Below, piece by piece: positions 1 through 9,595 of a stretch of DNA of 64,000 nt. The DNA is taken from assembly GCA_045862955.1 (NCBI GenBank), contig BTVI01000012.1:18453-82452 (forward strand). Direction: 5' to 3'. A model generated the notes under the pieces. It was not told where the DNA came from. It did not search any database and saw only the letters and a program-made list of their open reading frames with translations. The position numbers and the translations under genes were made by a program. Numbering within the stretch: position 1 is the first letter of the stretch; every line of letters begins with the position of its first letter. The stretch comes from Fimbriimonadales bacterium. GTDB taxonomy: Bacteria > Armatimonadota > Fimbriimonadia > Fimbriimonadales > JABRVX01.

Positions 1-2855
1 CTGAAGTGGTGGGGGAACTCCTCGCCGTTCGAGCCACTGAACTCGTTGATCAAACAGCACATCGGTCCCGGGAAGTAACTGCCCTGCCGCGTCCATGGCT
101 GCGGGTTGTTGCGCGAGTTGAAGTAGGCTACCAGCTTCTCGTTCAGGATTCGGATGATGTTCGTCGAAACGTTGCCGCCCCCGTTGAAGCGCACGTCCAC
201 TAACAACGCCTCCTTGTTGCGCTGCGGATAGTACTGCTTCAAGAACTCCGCCATCCCCCATTCCCCCATGTCCGGGATGTGGATGTAGCCGAGTCTGCCG
301 TCGGAGGCCTTCGTGACGTACTCGCGCTGTCGTGCCACCCAGTCGTAGTAGCGTAGACGCCACTCGGACGCCATCGGCTTTACGTACACGGTCCGTGCGC
401 CCTCTGCGTCGGGCTTGTCGTTCACCCGAACCGCTACCACCTGCCCTGCCCGTCCTATCAGCGCACCGAACACGTCCGACCCCAGGCGGGCAGGCGTCCC
501 GGCGACCTCGATGAGATACTGCCCCTCTCGTACGTCTACTCCCGGCGCGGCGAGCGGCGAGCGGTCCCCTTCGCTGAAACCATCCCCACGAAGCACTCGC
601 GTGATCTTGTAGTAGCCGCCGGCATCCGGCTCCACCTCGATGCCGAGGAACGCAGGCGAGGCGCCTCGGAAGGTGCCACGCGTGTCCCCACCCCACACGC
701 CGATGTGCGAAATGCTCAGCTCGGAGTAGAGGAACCGTATCACCTCGTTGAGTTCGTCGCGCGAGCGCACGCTGGGTAGCATCCTAGCATACTTCTCCCC
801 AACCGCCGGCCAATCGTTGCCGTGCATGTTGGCAACGTAGAAGTAGTCACGCGCGAGTCTCCAAGCGTCCCAATACATGTTTTCCCACTCGGCACGCGGA
901 TTGATGCGAAGATGGTAGTTGGCAAAGCTCACACGCCCATCGTCGGCCTTCGCATCGGTGGCAGTGACATCGATAACTCGCAGATTGGCACCTCGTGCGA
1001 TCAGCAGCTTCTTGTTATCCGCCGAGACCTGAAAGCTGCCTACGCCCGTCGTCACGGTCCCCCACTTCTTGTCCTTCAAGTGGTAGTAGTACAACGTGTC
1101 GTCCTTCTGAACCAGCACGCGGTCCCCCAACACTGCGAGGTCCGAGTAGTCGTCTGGTGATATGGGTAGCTCGATCCACCGGTCAGCTATGCCGTCGAGA
1201 TCGATCTTTGTCTGGGGGGTCTCTTCCTTCTTCTCCTCGTCCTTCTTGGTTTCGGGGGTAGCTGCAGCCTCCTCGTCGCTCTCTGGCAGCAGCGGGTTCT
1301 TCACTTCCTTATTGAGCGGCACGAGGCACACACGCAGCACCTTCTTCGCGTTCATGTGTCCCTGTACCGAGTCCCATTCCGGCGAGAAGTTGCGGCGCGA
1401 GAAGAATGCCAACCACTTACCATCCGTACTGAACACGGCCTGGTAGTCGTTGGACATCCGTGGCCCGAGTGGTGTGCGCTTGCCAGTCTCGATTTCGTAG
1501 AGCACAGGCCACGAGAAGTAGGTCATCCTATCCACGTCGTCGTACACCAACCACTTGGAGTCGGGTGAGAAGGAGCAGTGTGGTCCTTCCCATCCCGTAC
1601 CACGCGCCACCTCCACGCTCGTACCATTCTCCACTTGGATCAACTGGAGACGTGTGAGGTTGTCGGAGAGTGCGATGCGCTTGCCGTCGGGCGACCACTG
1701 GATGCGCACCAGTTGCCTTCCGCTGTCGGATGTTAGCTGCTTCGGCTCGGAACCGTCCGCGTTGGCCACGTACAGCTGTTGCTCCCGTGTCTCGTCCGAG
1801 ACGTAGGCGATCCTCTTGCCATCCGGCGAGAAAGTGGGCAGGCGGTAGCGCACGCCGTCCTTCGCCAGTACCGTCCGCACGTCTCCCTCTTTGGCCGGCA
1901 GCGAGATGACCTGTCCGCGGGTCTCCACCAGCACCCGCTTGCCGGTGGGCCCTAGGTGCGCCGAGAACACGTTCCGGTCGGCGGGCGACAGATAAGGCAG
2001 CGTGTGCATCAGCTCCGACGAGAGGCGGAACCGCGGCCGCGTCGTCTGTCGTGTGGCCGGGTCCAGCACCTCCAATCCCGCGCCCTTCTCGTACACCAGC
2101 CGCTTGCCATCCGTCTGCAGCCCGCGGATCTCCAAGTCCGATGACGGCGTCAGGCTCTCGGCATTTCCGCCGGAGGGGGGTACTGCGTACACCGAGAACC
2201 GCGCACCCTCGTCGTGCACGAAGCACACCTTCTCACCCACCCAAGCAGGGTACTCGTTGGAGAAGCGGCTCTCGTACACCTTGCGGAACTTCTTGGCCCG
2301 TAGCTCTCCCACCCAGATGTCGTTCTTCTGTCCGCCTTCGTATCGGTACCAAGCGGCACCGGCGCGCGCGAAGCGGGTGAAGGCGAAGCGGTTTCCATCG
2401 CGCGCGAAGGACACGTGCTGTCCGAACTCCAGTGGGAAGCGCTGGGGGAAGCCACCCTCCACCGGCACGGTATACAAGCCGTACCAGGCGGGTTGGTTGG
2501 AGGTGCGGTACAGCACGCTCTTACCGTCCGGCGTCCAGTCCAACAGCAACGCCATCTCGTTGGTGAACGTGATGCGGCGCGGGACGCCCCCTTCGGCAGG
2601 CATTACGTACACCTCGCGGATGCCATCGTACTCGGCGGTGAAGGCGATGCTGCTCCCGTCCGGCGAGAAGCGGGCCGCCGACTCGCGTCCTTCGCTGCGA
2701 GTCAGGCGCTGCGTCTGACCGGTGGCGATGTCGCCGAGCCATAGGTCGCCCTCGCAAGTGAAGACGACGCGGTCGCCGTGAATGTCCGGGTCACGCAGGA
2801 AAGGCTGGGCGGGTTCCTGAGGCGGAAGGGCGAGCAATAGGAGCGCGAATAGCAT
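1..2855 (-). CDS. Tricorn-like S41 family protease (PD40/WD40-like propellers + PDZ + S41); 3' end runs off the window
   Basis: Manual minus-strand translation from ATG at 2855 gives MLFALLLLALPPQEPAQPFLRDPDIHGDRVVFTCEGDLW...ARFSPDGSSIAFTAEYDG, with GRLGYIHIPDMG and LLVDVRFNGGGNVS near the window start. It is absent from the ORF track because there is no stop inside the window. Confidence 0.9.
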   Translation of the reverse strand, partial: MLFALLLLALPPQEPAQPFLRDPDIHGDRVVFTCEGDLWLGDIATGQTQRLTRSEGRESAARFSPDGSSIAFTAEYDGIREVYVMPAEGGVPRRITFTNEMALLLDWTPDGKSVLYRTSNQPAWYGLYTVPVEGGFPQRFPLEFGQHVSFARDGNRFAFTRFARAGAAWYRYEGGQKNDIWVGELRAKKFRKVYESRFSNEYPAWVGEKVCFVHDEGARFSVYAVPPSGGNAESLTPSSDLEIRGLQTDGKRLVYEKGAGLEVLDPATRQTTRPRFRLSSELMHTLPYLSPADRNVFSAHLGPTGKRVLVETRGQVISLPAKEGDVRTVLAKDGVRYRLPTFSPDGKRIAYVSDETREQQLYVANADGSEPKQLTSDSGRQLVRIQWSPDGKRIALSDNLTRLQLIQVENGTSVEVARGTGWEGPHCSFSPDSKWLVYDDVDRMTYFSWPVLYEIETGKRTPLGPRMSNDYQAVFSTDGKWLAFFSRRNFSPEWDSVQGHMNAKKVLRVCLVPLNKEVKNPLLPESDEEAAATPETKKDEEKKEETPQTKIDLDGIADRWIELPISPDDYSDLAVLGDRVLVQKDDTLYYYHLKDKKWGTVTTGVGSFQVSADNKKLLIARGANLRVIDVTATDAKADDGRVSFANYHLRINPRAEWENMYWDAWRLARDYFYVANMHGNDWPAVGEKYARMLPSVRSRDELNEVIRFLYSELSISHIGVWGGDTRGTFRGASPAFLGIEVEPDAGGYYKITRVLRGDGFSEGDRSPLAAPGVDVREGQYLIEVAGTPARLGSDVFGALIGRAGQVVAVRVNDKPDAEGARTVYVKPMASEWRLRYYDWVARQREYVTKASDGRLGYIHIPDMGEWGMAEFLKQYYPQRNKEALLVDVRFNGGGNVSTNIIRILNEKLVAYFNSRNNPQPWTRQGSYFPGPMCCLINEFSGSNGEEFPHHF

Positions 2856-2948
2856 GGGCTGTCCCTCTCAGATCGACGTTTGGCCTTCCGATTCCTCGCA
2901 AATCCCCCGCGTTCCTTGCGCTCCCTGCCGTAGCGCGACGGCCGGCAT

Positions 2949-2977
2949 TGGACAAAAACCGCTTCTTGGATTAGAAT
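2949..2977 (+). promoter_or_regulatory. Putative sigma70 promoter for the prepilin-like gene
   Basis: TGGACA-N17-TAGAAT about 60 nt upstream of the AGGAGG RBS and GTG start at 3038. Confidence 0.5.
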
Positions 2978-3037
2978 GGAGGCTGTCATCGCTCGGCTGC
3001 GCGCGAGCCGCGCCGCTAGCAAGGAGGAATCGTTGTT

Positions 3038-3817
3038 GTGAAACATCGTACAGGCTTTACACTCATCGAGCTTCTGGTAGTCATCGCGATCATCGCCATC
3101 CTTGCCGCGATTCTCTTCCCGGTCTTTGCGCAGGCGCGCAACGCGGCAAAGAAGACCGCGTGCATCAGTAACGGGAAGCAGCTCATGGTCGCGCACCGCA
3201 TGTATTCGGACGAGTTTCAGGGCACGCTGATGGGGGGTCGCACGCATGGCCTGCCGCCGAACTGGGCAACCGAGATCATGTGGCCCCGATTCCTGCTCCC
3301 TTACATGAAAAGTAAGGAAGCCTATCTGTGCCCTGCCGAGCCCAAGACGCACTACGCGGACTTAGGCGATGCCGATCGGTACAACAACCGCGGTTGGCTC
3401 TCCATCGGCTACAACGCCAGCGTCTCGATCTGGTACTGGACAAACGACAACTCGCTGGTTCGGATCAAGCAGAACCAGGTTCGCGTGCCTGCTATGACCG
3501 CCATGTTCGCAGATACGATGTCCGGCGACGTGCAGGAAGGATACTACGGCTACTGTGCGGACAATACCGGCATCAACATTACCGGCGGCTGCAACCTGAG
3601 CGACCGCCACGGTGGTGCGAGAACAGCCGCGAACCCCTACGGGCAGATCAACGTGCTGCTCTTGGACGGGCACGTGAAATCCTATAGTTGGAACCAGATC
3701 AAGGCCGGTCAGGTAAGCGACATGTACCCGGGCTGCAACGCCGAGGAAGCCAGAGACTTCAACGCTGCCGGCCTCAAGTGGATGCTATGGGGCAAGTGCA
3801 AGCACCCGGATAACTAG
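3038..3817 (+). CDS. Prepilin-type N-terminal cleavage/methylation protein (DUF1559-like, H-X9-DG motif)
   Basis: [30 protein letters not shown]-terminus, CxSNxKQL, and RH...[10 protein letters not shown] near the C-terminus. Confidence 0.92.
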   Translation: MKHRTGFTLIELLVVIAIIAILAAILFPVFAQARNAAKKTACISNGKQLMVAHRMYSDEFQGTLMGGRTHGLPPNWATEIMWPRFLLPYMKSKEAYLCPAEPKTHYADLGDADRYNNRGWLSIGYNASVSIWYWTNDNSLVRIKQNQVRVPAMTAMFADTMSGDVQEGYYGYCADNTGINITGGCNLSDRHGGARTAANPYGQINVLLLDGHVKSYSWNQIKAGQVSDMYPGCNAEEARDFNAAGLKWMLWGKCKHPDN

Positions 3818-3819
3818 AT

Positions 3820-4014
3820 ATGAAACAAGGAAGTTCGAAGCTGGTACTGATCGTAGTTCTGGTGCTCGTCATCGTAGCGGCTGCAGCGTATGTGTTCCTC
3901 GGCCCCGGGCGTGATGCCTTCGGTTCGGGTCCGCGCGCTCCCGGCGAGAAGATCGACTTGACGCCTACGCCGGAGCACCCGGCAACACCCGGTGTGGGCG
4001 GAGGTGGAAACTAG
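3820..4014 (+). CDS. Small single-pass membrane protein
   Basis: Starts 2 nt after the prepilin gene stop; one hydrophobic helix followed by a Pro/Gly-rich tail. Confidence 0.65.
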   Translation: MKQGSSKLVLIVVLVLVIVAAAAYVFLGPGRDAFGSGPRAPGEKIDLTPTPEHPATPGVGGGGN

Positions 4015-4039
4015 CATCCTCGATTCGTATCATGCGTAG

Positions 4040-4071
4040 ACAGCCCCTTCTGATGCCGCAGAGGGGGCTGT
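4040..4071 (+). terminator. Hairpin, probable terminator
   Basis: ACAGCCCCTTCTG...CAGAGGGGGCTGT inverted repeat just after the two-gene unit; U-tract weak. Confidence 0.45.
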
Positions 4072-4199
4072 AGCTTCTTCATGGATAGTTCCGTCCCAGC
4101 ATCCGCTGCAGGAGCAGTGGAAGGTTCCTGACGGCGAGTGTGCATCCGGCGTCCTTCCCAATGGCAGTACCGGAATAGCCGGATGCCGGAGGTGAACGA

Positions 4200-4616
4200 A
4201 TGAAGACGCTTTGGGCGATAGCAGTGGTTTCCATGCTCGCGGTCCTCGCTGGCTGCGGAGGCGGCAGCGGGATGCATGATGCCAACCCTTGGCAGGGGCG
4301 CTACGTGGGCGAGTATGAGATGGCCAACGACCATGGCGATCTGGATGTAGTGATCGACTACCGCGGCAAGATGGAAGGCGAGTGGTTCAGCCGGGTGGAT
4401 GGAGCCCGTGGTCCACTGTGGGGCGACATCTCTCGCTCGGGTCGCTTCACCTTCTACACGAGCTGGGTCACCGCCTACGGACACGGCGAGGTCTGGAACG
4501 GCACGCGGGTGCTAATCATAGACGGGTATTCCACGCGCGGCCCAGTGCAGCCCAAGATTTCCAACCTCAAGAAGGTGGACGATAAGCGGACCTCGGGCGA
4601 CATAGTTGGCAGCTAG
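4200..4616 (+). CDS. Hypothetical lipoprotein
   Basis: GGAGGTG RBS; signal peptide with LAGC lipobox. Confidence 0.8.
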   Translation: MKTLWAIAVVSMLAVLAGCGGGSGMHDANPWQGRYVGEYEMANDHGDLDVVIDYRGKMEGEWFSRVDGARGPLWGDISRSGRFTFYTSWVTAYGHGEVWNGTRVLIIDGYSTRGPVQPKISNLKKVDDKRTSGDIVGS

Positions 4617-4664
4617 TACTCCGCGGCATGGCGTTTCGGGCGACGCCACGGGCTGCGAGTGCTA

Positions 4665-5537
4665 TCATCGTTGGCGGAGTCGGTCTAGAGTAACGAACTC
4701 GAAACCGCGTCTGCGAACAGCCTCGATAAACGCCGCTAAGGTATCCACCGTGTCCTGCGAACCGTCATGGAGCAGGACAATCGCTCCGCGCCGCAGAGCC
4801 CGGATTTCTCGTCTCATGAGCGCGACATCGCCCGGGTTGGAGTAATCGGCGGGGTCGTCCGTCCACAGTACCACGGTAAGCCCGAGCGCTGCGGCTGCTC
4901 GCAGGGTGGTGCTATTGAAGTCCCCTCCCGGTGGACGGCAATACCTCGGCCGCACGCCTGTTAGTCGCTCGATGACTCGGTTGTCGGCTTCCCACTCGAC
5001 CAGCACCTCGTCTTCGCTGAGTTTCGTCAAGTTCGGATGGCTGTAGGTGTGATTGCCGACTGCATGGCCATCGGCAGCGATGGCCTTCACCAACTCGGGA
5101 TAGCGTTCTGCCATGAAGCCCACGACGAAGAAGGTTGCGTGGACTCGCTGCTCTCGAAGGATGCGCAGCAGCTTCGGTGTGAAGCGAGGGTGCGGTCCGT
5201 CGTCGAAGGTCAGGGCAACCTCCCAACGCCTCGGATTGCCGGCGCGCAGGACGTGGCCTCTCAGAGCTTGATTGGACAGCCCTGCGAGACGATGAGCGAG
5301 CTGCTGCTGGTCCGCGTAGACCTCCGCCTGTGCACTGCGCCAGTCCGGGTCGGTGCTGCGAACCCGGGAGGCGTTCATCCGAGCACTGACCGCCGAGCGA
5401 GGGGCTGGATCGGATGAGACGGCTGCATTCTTAGGCCTAGTAGGCGTATCGGAAAGCGAACAACCTGTCATCAGAGCGACTGCCGCGAGACCTATTACCA
5501 TGGCAGCTAGTGCGCGGGAGCCTACTTGGGGCGTCAC
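4665..5537 (-). CDS. Polysaccharide deacetylase (CE4/NodB) lipoprotein
   Basis: ALTFDDGP, GNHTYSH, RPPGG and IVLLHD motifs; N-terminal MTGC lipobox. Confidence 0.92.
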   Translation of the reverse strand: MTPQVGSRALAAMVIGLAAVALMTGCSLSDTPTRPKNAAVSSDPAPRSAVSARMNASRVRSTDPDWRSAQAEVYADQQQLAHRLAGLSNQALRGHVLRAGNPRRWEVALTFDDGPHPRFTPKLLRILREQRVHATFFVVGFMAERYPELVKAIAADGHAVGNHTYSHPNLTKLSEDEVLVEWEADNRVIERLTGVRPRYCRPPGGDFNSTTLRAAAALGLTVVLWTDDPADYSNPGDVALMRREIRALRRGAIVLLHDGSQDTVDTLAAFIEAVRRRGFEFVTLDRLRQR

Positions 5538-5541
5538 GCAG

Positions 5542-5991
5542 TCACCTCGTGCGCAATTCGAGCTTGTCGGCTATTTGACGCAGAAGCTCTTCCTGACGCT
5601 CCAAGCGGTGCAACAGGTTCCGGACCTCGCGCTCCGTCTTCAGGTTCACCCGGTAGTCGTTCTCTGCGCGCAGCTCCGCATGCCGTCCCTGAAGGTTCTG
5701 GCCTACCATGATCAGTGGCATGAGAAGGATCTGGATCATGTTCGAGATGAAGAGCCACAATACGAAAGCCATCGGCGGATCGAAGCGTAGGCTCTTCGGC
5801 GCGGACAGATTCCAGCTAAGCCAGAGGAGCGTCCAGGTCGCCACTAGCAGGAAGAATCCCATGGACCCAACACGCTCCGTTATGAACACTGCAACGCTCT
5901 CGAGGACCGAGAGGCTATTCCTGTGCTGTTCGTTTACGTTTACGAAGATATGGTCGTTGGCTGGTTGCACTCCCGCAGACCTCGCTACCAT
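5542..5991 (-). CDS. DUF1003 family membrane protein
   Basis: ITERVGSMGFF, FDPP, PLIMVGQN...AENDYRVNLKTE; start trimmed to the ATG at 5991. Confidence 0.85.
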   Translation of the reverse strand: MVARSAGVQPANDHIFVNVNEQHRNSLSVLESVAVFITERVGSMGFFLLVATWTLLWLSWNLSAPKSLRFDPPMAFVLWLFISNMIQILLMPLIMVGQNLQGRHAELRAENDYRVNLKTEREVRNLLHRLERQEELLRQIADKLELRTR

Positions 5992-6158
5992 GCATTGGGT
6001 TTCCCTAGCTGTCCAGTATAGCCGAACAGCGCAGGAGGCGGAGTACGGTGCACGCGCCGGAGCTCGCCCCATGCGGTAAGATGGCCTCAGCGCTCTTGCG
6101 GGGCCCTTCCCGTCTGCACGAGCGCTCGAATCCAAGAGAACCCGAGGAGTTGCCGACC

Positions 6159-7511
6159 GTGACTACGCTCGCTGAGACCTTCGCCCGCTTCGCCTATGAA
6201 CTGGACTACGCCAGTCTGCCCGAGGAGGCTCGCCACGAAGCCAAGCGCCGGCTCATCGACTCGCTGGGCTGTGCGATGGGAGCCTACCTCGCTGAACCAT
6301 CCAGGATAGCCAGGCGTATTGCCCACTCGGTGCGTGGCGGCGCGACGGTCATAGGCAGTTTCCATCAGACTTCGCCCGACCTCGCCGCGTTCGCAAACGG
6401 CGTGCTTATCCGCTATCTGGACTACAACGACACCTATCTTTCGAAGGAGCCCGCGCATCCGAGCGACAACATTGCGGCACTGCTCGCAGTCGGCGAGCTG
6501 GTGGATTGCAGCGGACAGGATTTGATTGCTGCCATCGTCGCATCCTACGAGGTGCAGTGCCGGTTGTGCGATGCATTTTCGATCCGCAGCAAAGGGTGGG
6601 ACCATGTCAACTATGGTAGTTTCTCCACGGTTGCCGGTTGCGGCATGTTGTTAGGCTTCGAGCCGGAGCAGTACGTGCACGCCTTCGGGCTAGCAGGCGT
6701 GCCGAACAACGCGATGCGTCAGACGCGTGTGGGCGAACTGAGCATGTGGAAAGGCTGCGCGTTCGCTAACGCTTCTCGCAACGGTGTGTTCGCATCGTTA
6801 CTGGCATCCGAAGGCATGACCGGGCCAGCGCCGGTGTTCGAGGGAGAGATGGGCTTCTTCGCACAGGTCTCACACGAACCGTTCGACGTGGCACCGTTGG
6901 GTGGCGACGGGTACATGATCAACCGCACCTATATCAAAAAGTATCCCGCGGAATACCACAGCCAGAGCGCGATCGACGCTGCCCTCGAACTCCGACCGCA
7001 TATCGAGGACCCATCGCAGATCGAGAGCATTCTGATCGAGACGTTCGACGCGGCGGTGGAGATCATAGGCGGAGAGCCGGAGAAGTGGCGGCCTCAGAGC
7101 CGCGAGACCGCCGACCACAGCCTGCCTTATTGCACCGTGGTAGCGCTGGTGGATGGAGAGGTGACGCAGGACAGCTTCGCACCCGCTCGCTTCACCGATG
7201 ATAGGCTACTGCAGATCGTGGCCAAGGTGCAGGTCAAGGCCGACCCCGCGCTGAACGCCATGTATCCAGAAAAGGGCATCCCCAACCGTGTGACTGTCAC
7301 GTTAAAAAACGGAGAGCGGCACGTGAGCGAGGTTGCGGCGCCCCGAGGACACGCGCTCAACCCGATGACCGACCAAGAGGTGACTGCCAAGTTCCTGTCT
7401 ATGGCGACGAAGGTGTTAGGTCCGGCAGAGGTGGACGAAGCGTTGGAGCGGCTGTGGAGCCTGGAAGACGAGCAGGACCTAACCGATCTGCTCGCGCTGT
7501 TTGCAGTCTAG
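6159..7511 (+). CDS. prpD: MmgE/PrpD family protein (2-methylcitrate dehydratase-like)
   Basis: RYLDYNDTY, HPSDNI, KGWDH, SMWKG, PAEYHSQ and ETADHSLPY; GTG start at 6159 after GAGGAG. Confidence 0.88.
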   Translation: MTTLAETFARFAYELDYASLPEEARHEAKRRLIDSLGCAMGAYLAEPSRIARRIAHSVRGGATVIGSFHQTSPDLAAFANGVLIRYLDYNDTYLSKEPAHPSDNIAALLAVGELVDCSGQDLIAAIVASYEVQCRLCDAFSIRSKGWDHVNYGSFSTVAGCGMLLGFEPEQYVHAFGLAGVPNNAMRQTRVGELSMWKGCAFANASRNGVFASLLASEGMTGPAPVFEGEMGFFAQVSHEPFDVAPLGGDGYMINRTYIKKYPAEYHSQSAIDAALELRPHIEDPSQIESILIETFDAAVEIIGGEPEKWRPQSRETADHSLPYCTVVALVDGEVTQDSFAPARFTDDRLLQIVAKVQVKADPALNAMYPEKGIPNRVTVTLKNGERHVSEVAAPRGHALNPMTDQEVTAKFLSMATKVLGPAEVDEALERLWSLEDEQDLTDLLALFAV

Positions 7512-7514
7512 TCG

Positions 7515-8090
7515 CTAGCGAGTAGACAGGAGTACGGCACGCACCCAAGTCGCATCTGCTCCGGGGATACGTAGTGGTAGGGCTATCAACTCGTACTCAC
7601 CTTCCGGCACATCTGACAGGTGGAGGCTCTCGAGAATGGGGATGCCCGCACCGAGCAGAGCGCGATGATTGGGATAGGTGTCATCATCCAGGGCATCCAC
7701 CGACACGAGGTCCAGGCCCACTAGTGGTATCCCTGCGGCAACGAGCCGCGCTACCAACTCGGCCGGTGGCGCGCCCTCGCCTTCACAGCGAAAAAGCGGA
7801 CACACCCCGGACGACCATTCACGCCCAAGGAGTGCGCTCCAACTGCTGACACGTACCACCTCGGCGGGGCCGATGAAACGATCCAAATGGGGCTCCGGCG
7901 CATCGGCAAGGAAGTGTGGGGGCAAGTCTACGTGCGTCCCTGCGTGGGCGCTGCCGAGCAACACACTTACAGCATAAGGGTCGCCGCGTGCATAGCTATG
8001 GACCTCTATGCGTGCAAACGGCAGGTCCCCCGGATAGACCGGTGCAGTAGCGTCCAGCGGTCGAGTAATATCGAACACGACGTGCGACAC
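7515..8090 (-). CDS. kynB: Cyclase family protein (kynurenine formamidase-like)
   Basis: HAGTHVDLPPHF motif, GLDLVSVD, ILESL, YELIALPLRI; adjacent to a kynureninase-like gene. Confidence 0.75.
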   Translation of the reverse strand: MSHVVFDITRPLDATAPVYPGDLPFARIEVHSYARGDPYAVSVLLGSAHAGTHVDLPPHFLADAPEPHLDRFIGPAEVVRVSSWSALLGREWSSGVCPLFRCEGEGAPPAELVARLVAAGIPLVGLDLVSVDALDDDTYPNHRALLGAGIPILESLHLSDVPEGEYELIALPLRIPGADATWVRAVLLSTR

Positions 8091-8092
8091 GG

Positions 8093-9244
8093 CTACGTAT
8101 TCGCCCTCATCGAAGGCAGAAGCGCATCCACTGCGTCGAAGAAGCGGTCTACGTCCGCGTCCGTGTTGTAGAAGTGGGGAGAGACGCGAATGCCCGCTCC
8201 GACGCGGAAGTCCACATAGATGTTCTCTTTGCGCAGTGCATCGGCTAACGCCTGGTCCCCCGGTATCACCAACGAGACCGCGCCCCCGCGTCTCTCGGGC
8301 TCCTCCGGGGTGCTCAGCGGAAAGCCCCTCGCTTTAGCCCCAGCGATCAGCCGGTCCGTCATCCGCAACGAGTTCGCACGAATTGCGCCGATGCCCAGTT
8401 CGCCGATGATGTCCAGACCCGGCTCGCACGCGAACAGCCCTGCCATGTAGTACCCGCCGTTCTGAAAGCGCTGTGCGCCGCCCGTCGGCTCGAACGAGTG
8501 AATGTCGAAATCGGCCGCCCTCGCGTGTGCCATCGCTCCCGTCAGCTTCGGCACCCACTGCTTCGCAAGGTCTGGACGCGCGTACAGGAATCCCGTCCCC
8601 GACCCGCCACAGAGCCACTTCGCGCAGCCACCGATGGCGAAGTCCACGCCCCACTTCTCGCAGCGCACCGGAAGAACACCCACGCTCTGGTACACGTCGA
8701 GAACGACGTACGCGCCGACTTCGTGTGCGCGTTGGCAGACCGCCTCTGCGTCTAGGACGTATCCGTTTCGAAAGAACACGTGGGAGACGGGTACGAAGAG
8801 CGTGCGCTCGTCAATCGCAGACAGCAGCTCGTCCATGTCCGGGCCAATACCGTCGCGCAGGGGAACGATGACAACCTCTGCACCGATACGCTCCTGCTGC
8901 ATGCACAAGTAGGCCTGCGAGGTGAAGCACCCCTCGGTGAACACGATCTTGTTGCGCTGCGGGCTGGGCTCCACGCAGGACATCGCCACGGCACATGCCA
9001 GCGTGCTGTTCATGTGGAAGCTGATCGTGTCCGCCTCGGCCCCGATGAGCGCGGCGATCTTATCTCCCACTCGCCGCATGATGGAAGGCCCGATCGCCTC
9101 CCAATCGGTGTGGAGCCAGTGCTCTGCGTACTCCTTCAGCCGCTCCGCACCCAGCACGGGGGGTGCGCCTGCAGAGGCCGTCATCAAGTAGGTGTGTTCC
9201 GTCACAGACGGGAATTGGTCCCTTCTATGTCCCGATAGGTTCAT
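8093..9244 (-). CDS. Class V PLP aminotransferase, kynureninase-like
   Basis: SHVFF, LDVYQSVG, GGCAKWLCGGSG, RRGG, IRVSPHFYNT; start set to ATG 9244 because the longer ORF overlaps the tRNA. Confidence 0.85.
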   Translation of the reverse strand: MNLSGHRRDQFPSVTEHTYLMTASAGAPPVLGAERLKEYAEHWLHTDWEAIGPSIMRRVGDKIAALIGAEADTISFHMNSTLACAVAMSCVEPSPQRNKIVFTEGCFTSQAYLCMQQERIGAEVVIVPLRDGIGPDMDELLSAIDERTLFVPVSHVFFRNGYVLDAEAVCQRAHEVGAYVVLDVYQSVGVLPVRCEKWGVDFAIGGCAKWLCGGSGTGFLYARPDLAKQWVPKLTGAMAHARAADFDIHSFEPTGGAQRFQNGGYYMAGLFACEPGLDIIGELGIGAIRANSLRMTDRLIAGAKARGFPLSTPEEPERRGGAVSLVIPGDQALADALRKENIYVDFRVGAGIRVSPHFYNTDADVDRFFDAVDALLPSMRANT

Positions 9245-9378
9245 GGCGTCCTCACCACGATGGACTCCAGTGGCGATTCGACAGTGCTTGCCGGTCGCCT
9301 CTTGCCCGCCTGCTGATTTTCGGGACCTCGCGCTATGTGCCCCTGCTGCAACTTCCACCGAAGTACAATGCGGCACAC

Positions 9379-9453
9379 GCCGGCGTAGCTCAGGGGTAGA
9401 GCGCCCGCCTTGTAAGCGGATGGTCAGGGGTTCGAATCCCCTCGCCGGCTCCA
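9379..9453 (+). tRNA. tRNA-Thr(UGU)
   Basis: GCCGGCG acceptor stem, TAGCTCAG D-arm, anticodon loop CT-TGT-AA, GGTTCGAATCC T-loop, encoded CCA. Confidence 0.95.
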
Positions 9454-9595
9454 GCGGTTTGCGCAGCGAGTCGGCTGCGTCCCGCGCCGTAATCGGCAGA
9501 CCCACACCGCTCGAGATAATCCTTAGGGTATATAAATAAATCGGCGGAGACGAGGTAGTCTGCGCCACACTCACCGGAAGCAGAGGTGCTTTCCC

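Noticed and set aside
4080..4195. Riboswitch in the lipoprotein leader (GCATCCGGC...GCCGGATGC stem)
   Set aside because: A single stem that ends before the RBS, with no recognisable aptamer consensus
9379..9453. tRNA as an integration site for an island
   Set aside because: No integrase nearby, and I saw no duplicate of the tRNA 3' end in the window
9245..9574. N-terminal extension of the kynureninase-like ORF
   Set aside because: It overlaps tRNA-Thr on the opposite strand; homology and RBS support the ATG at 9244
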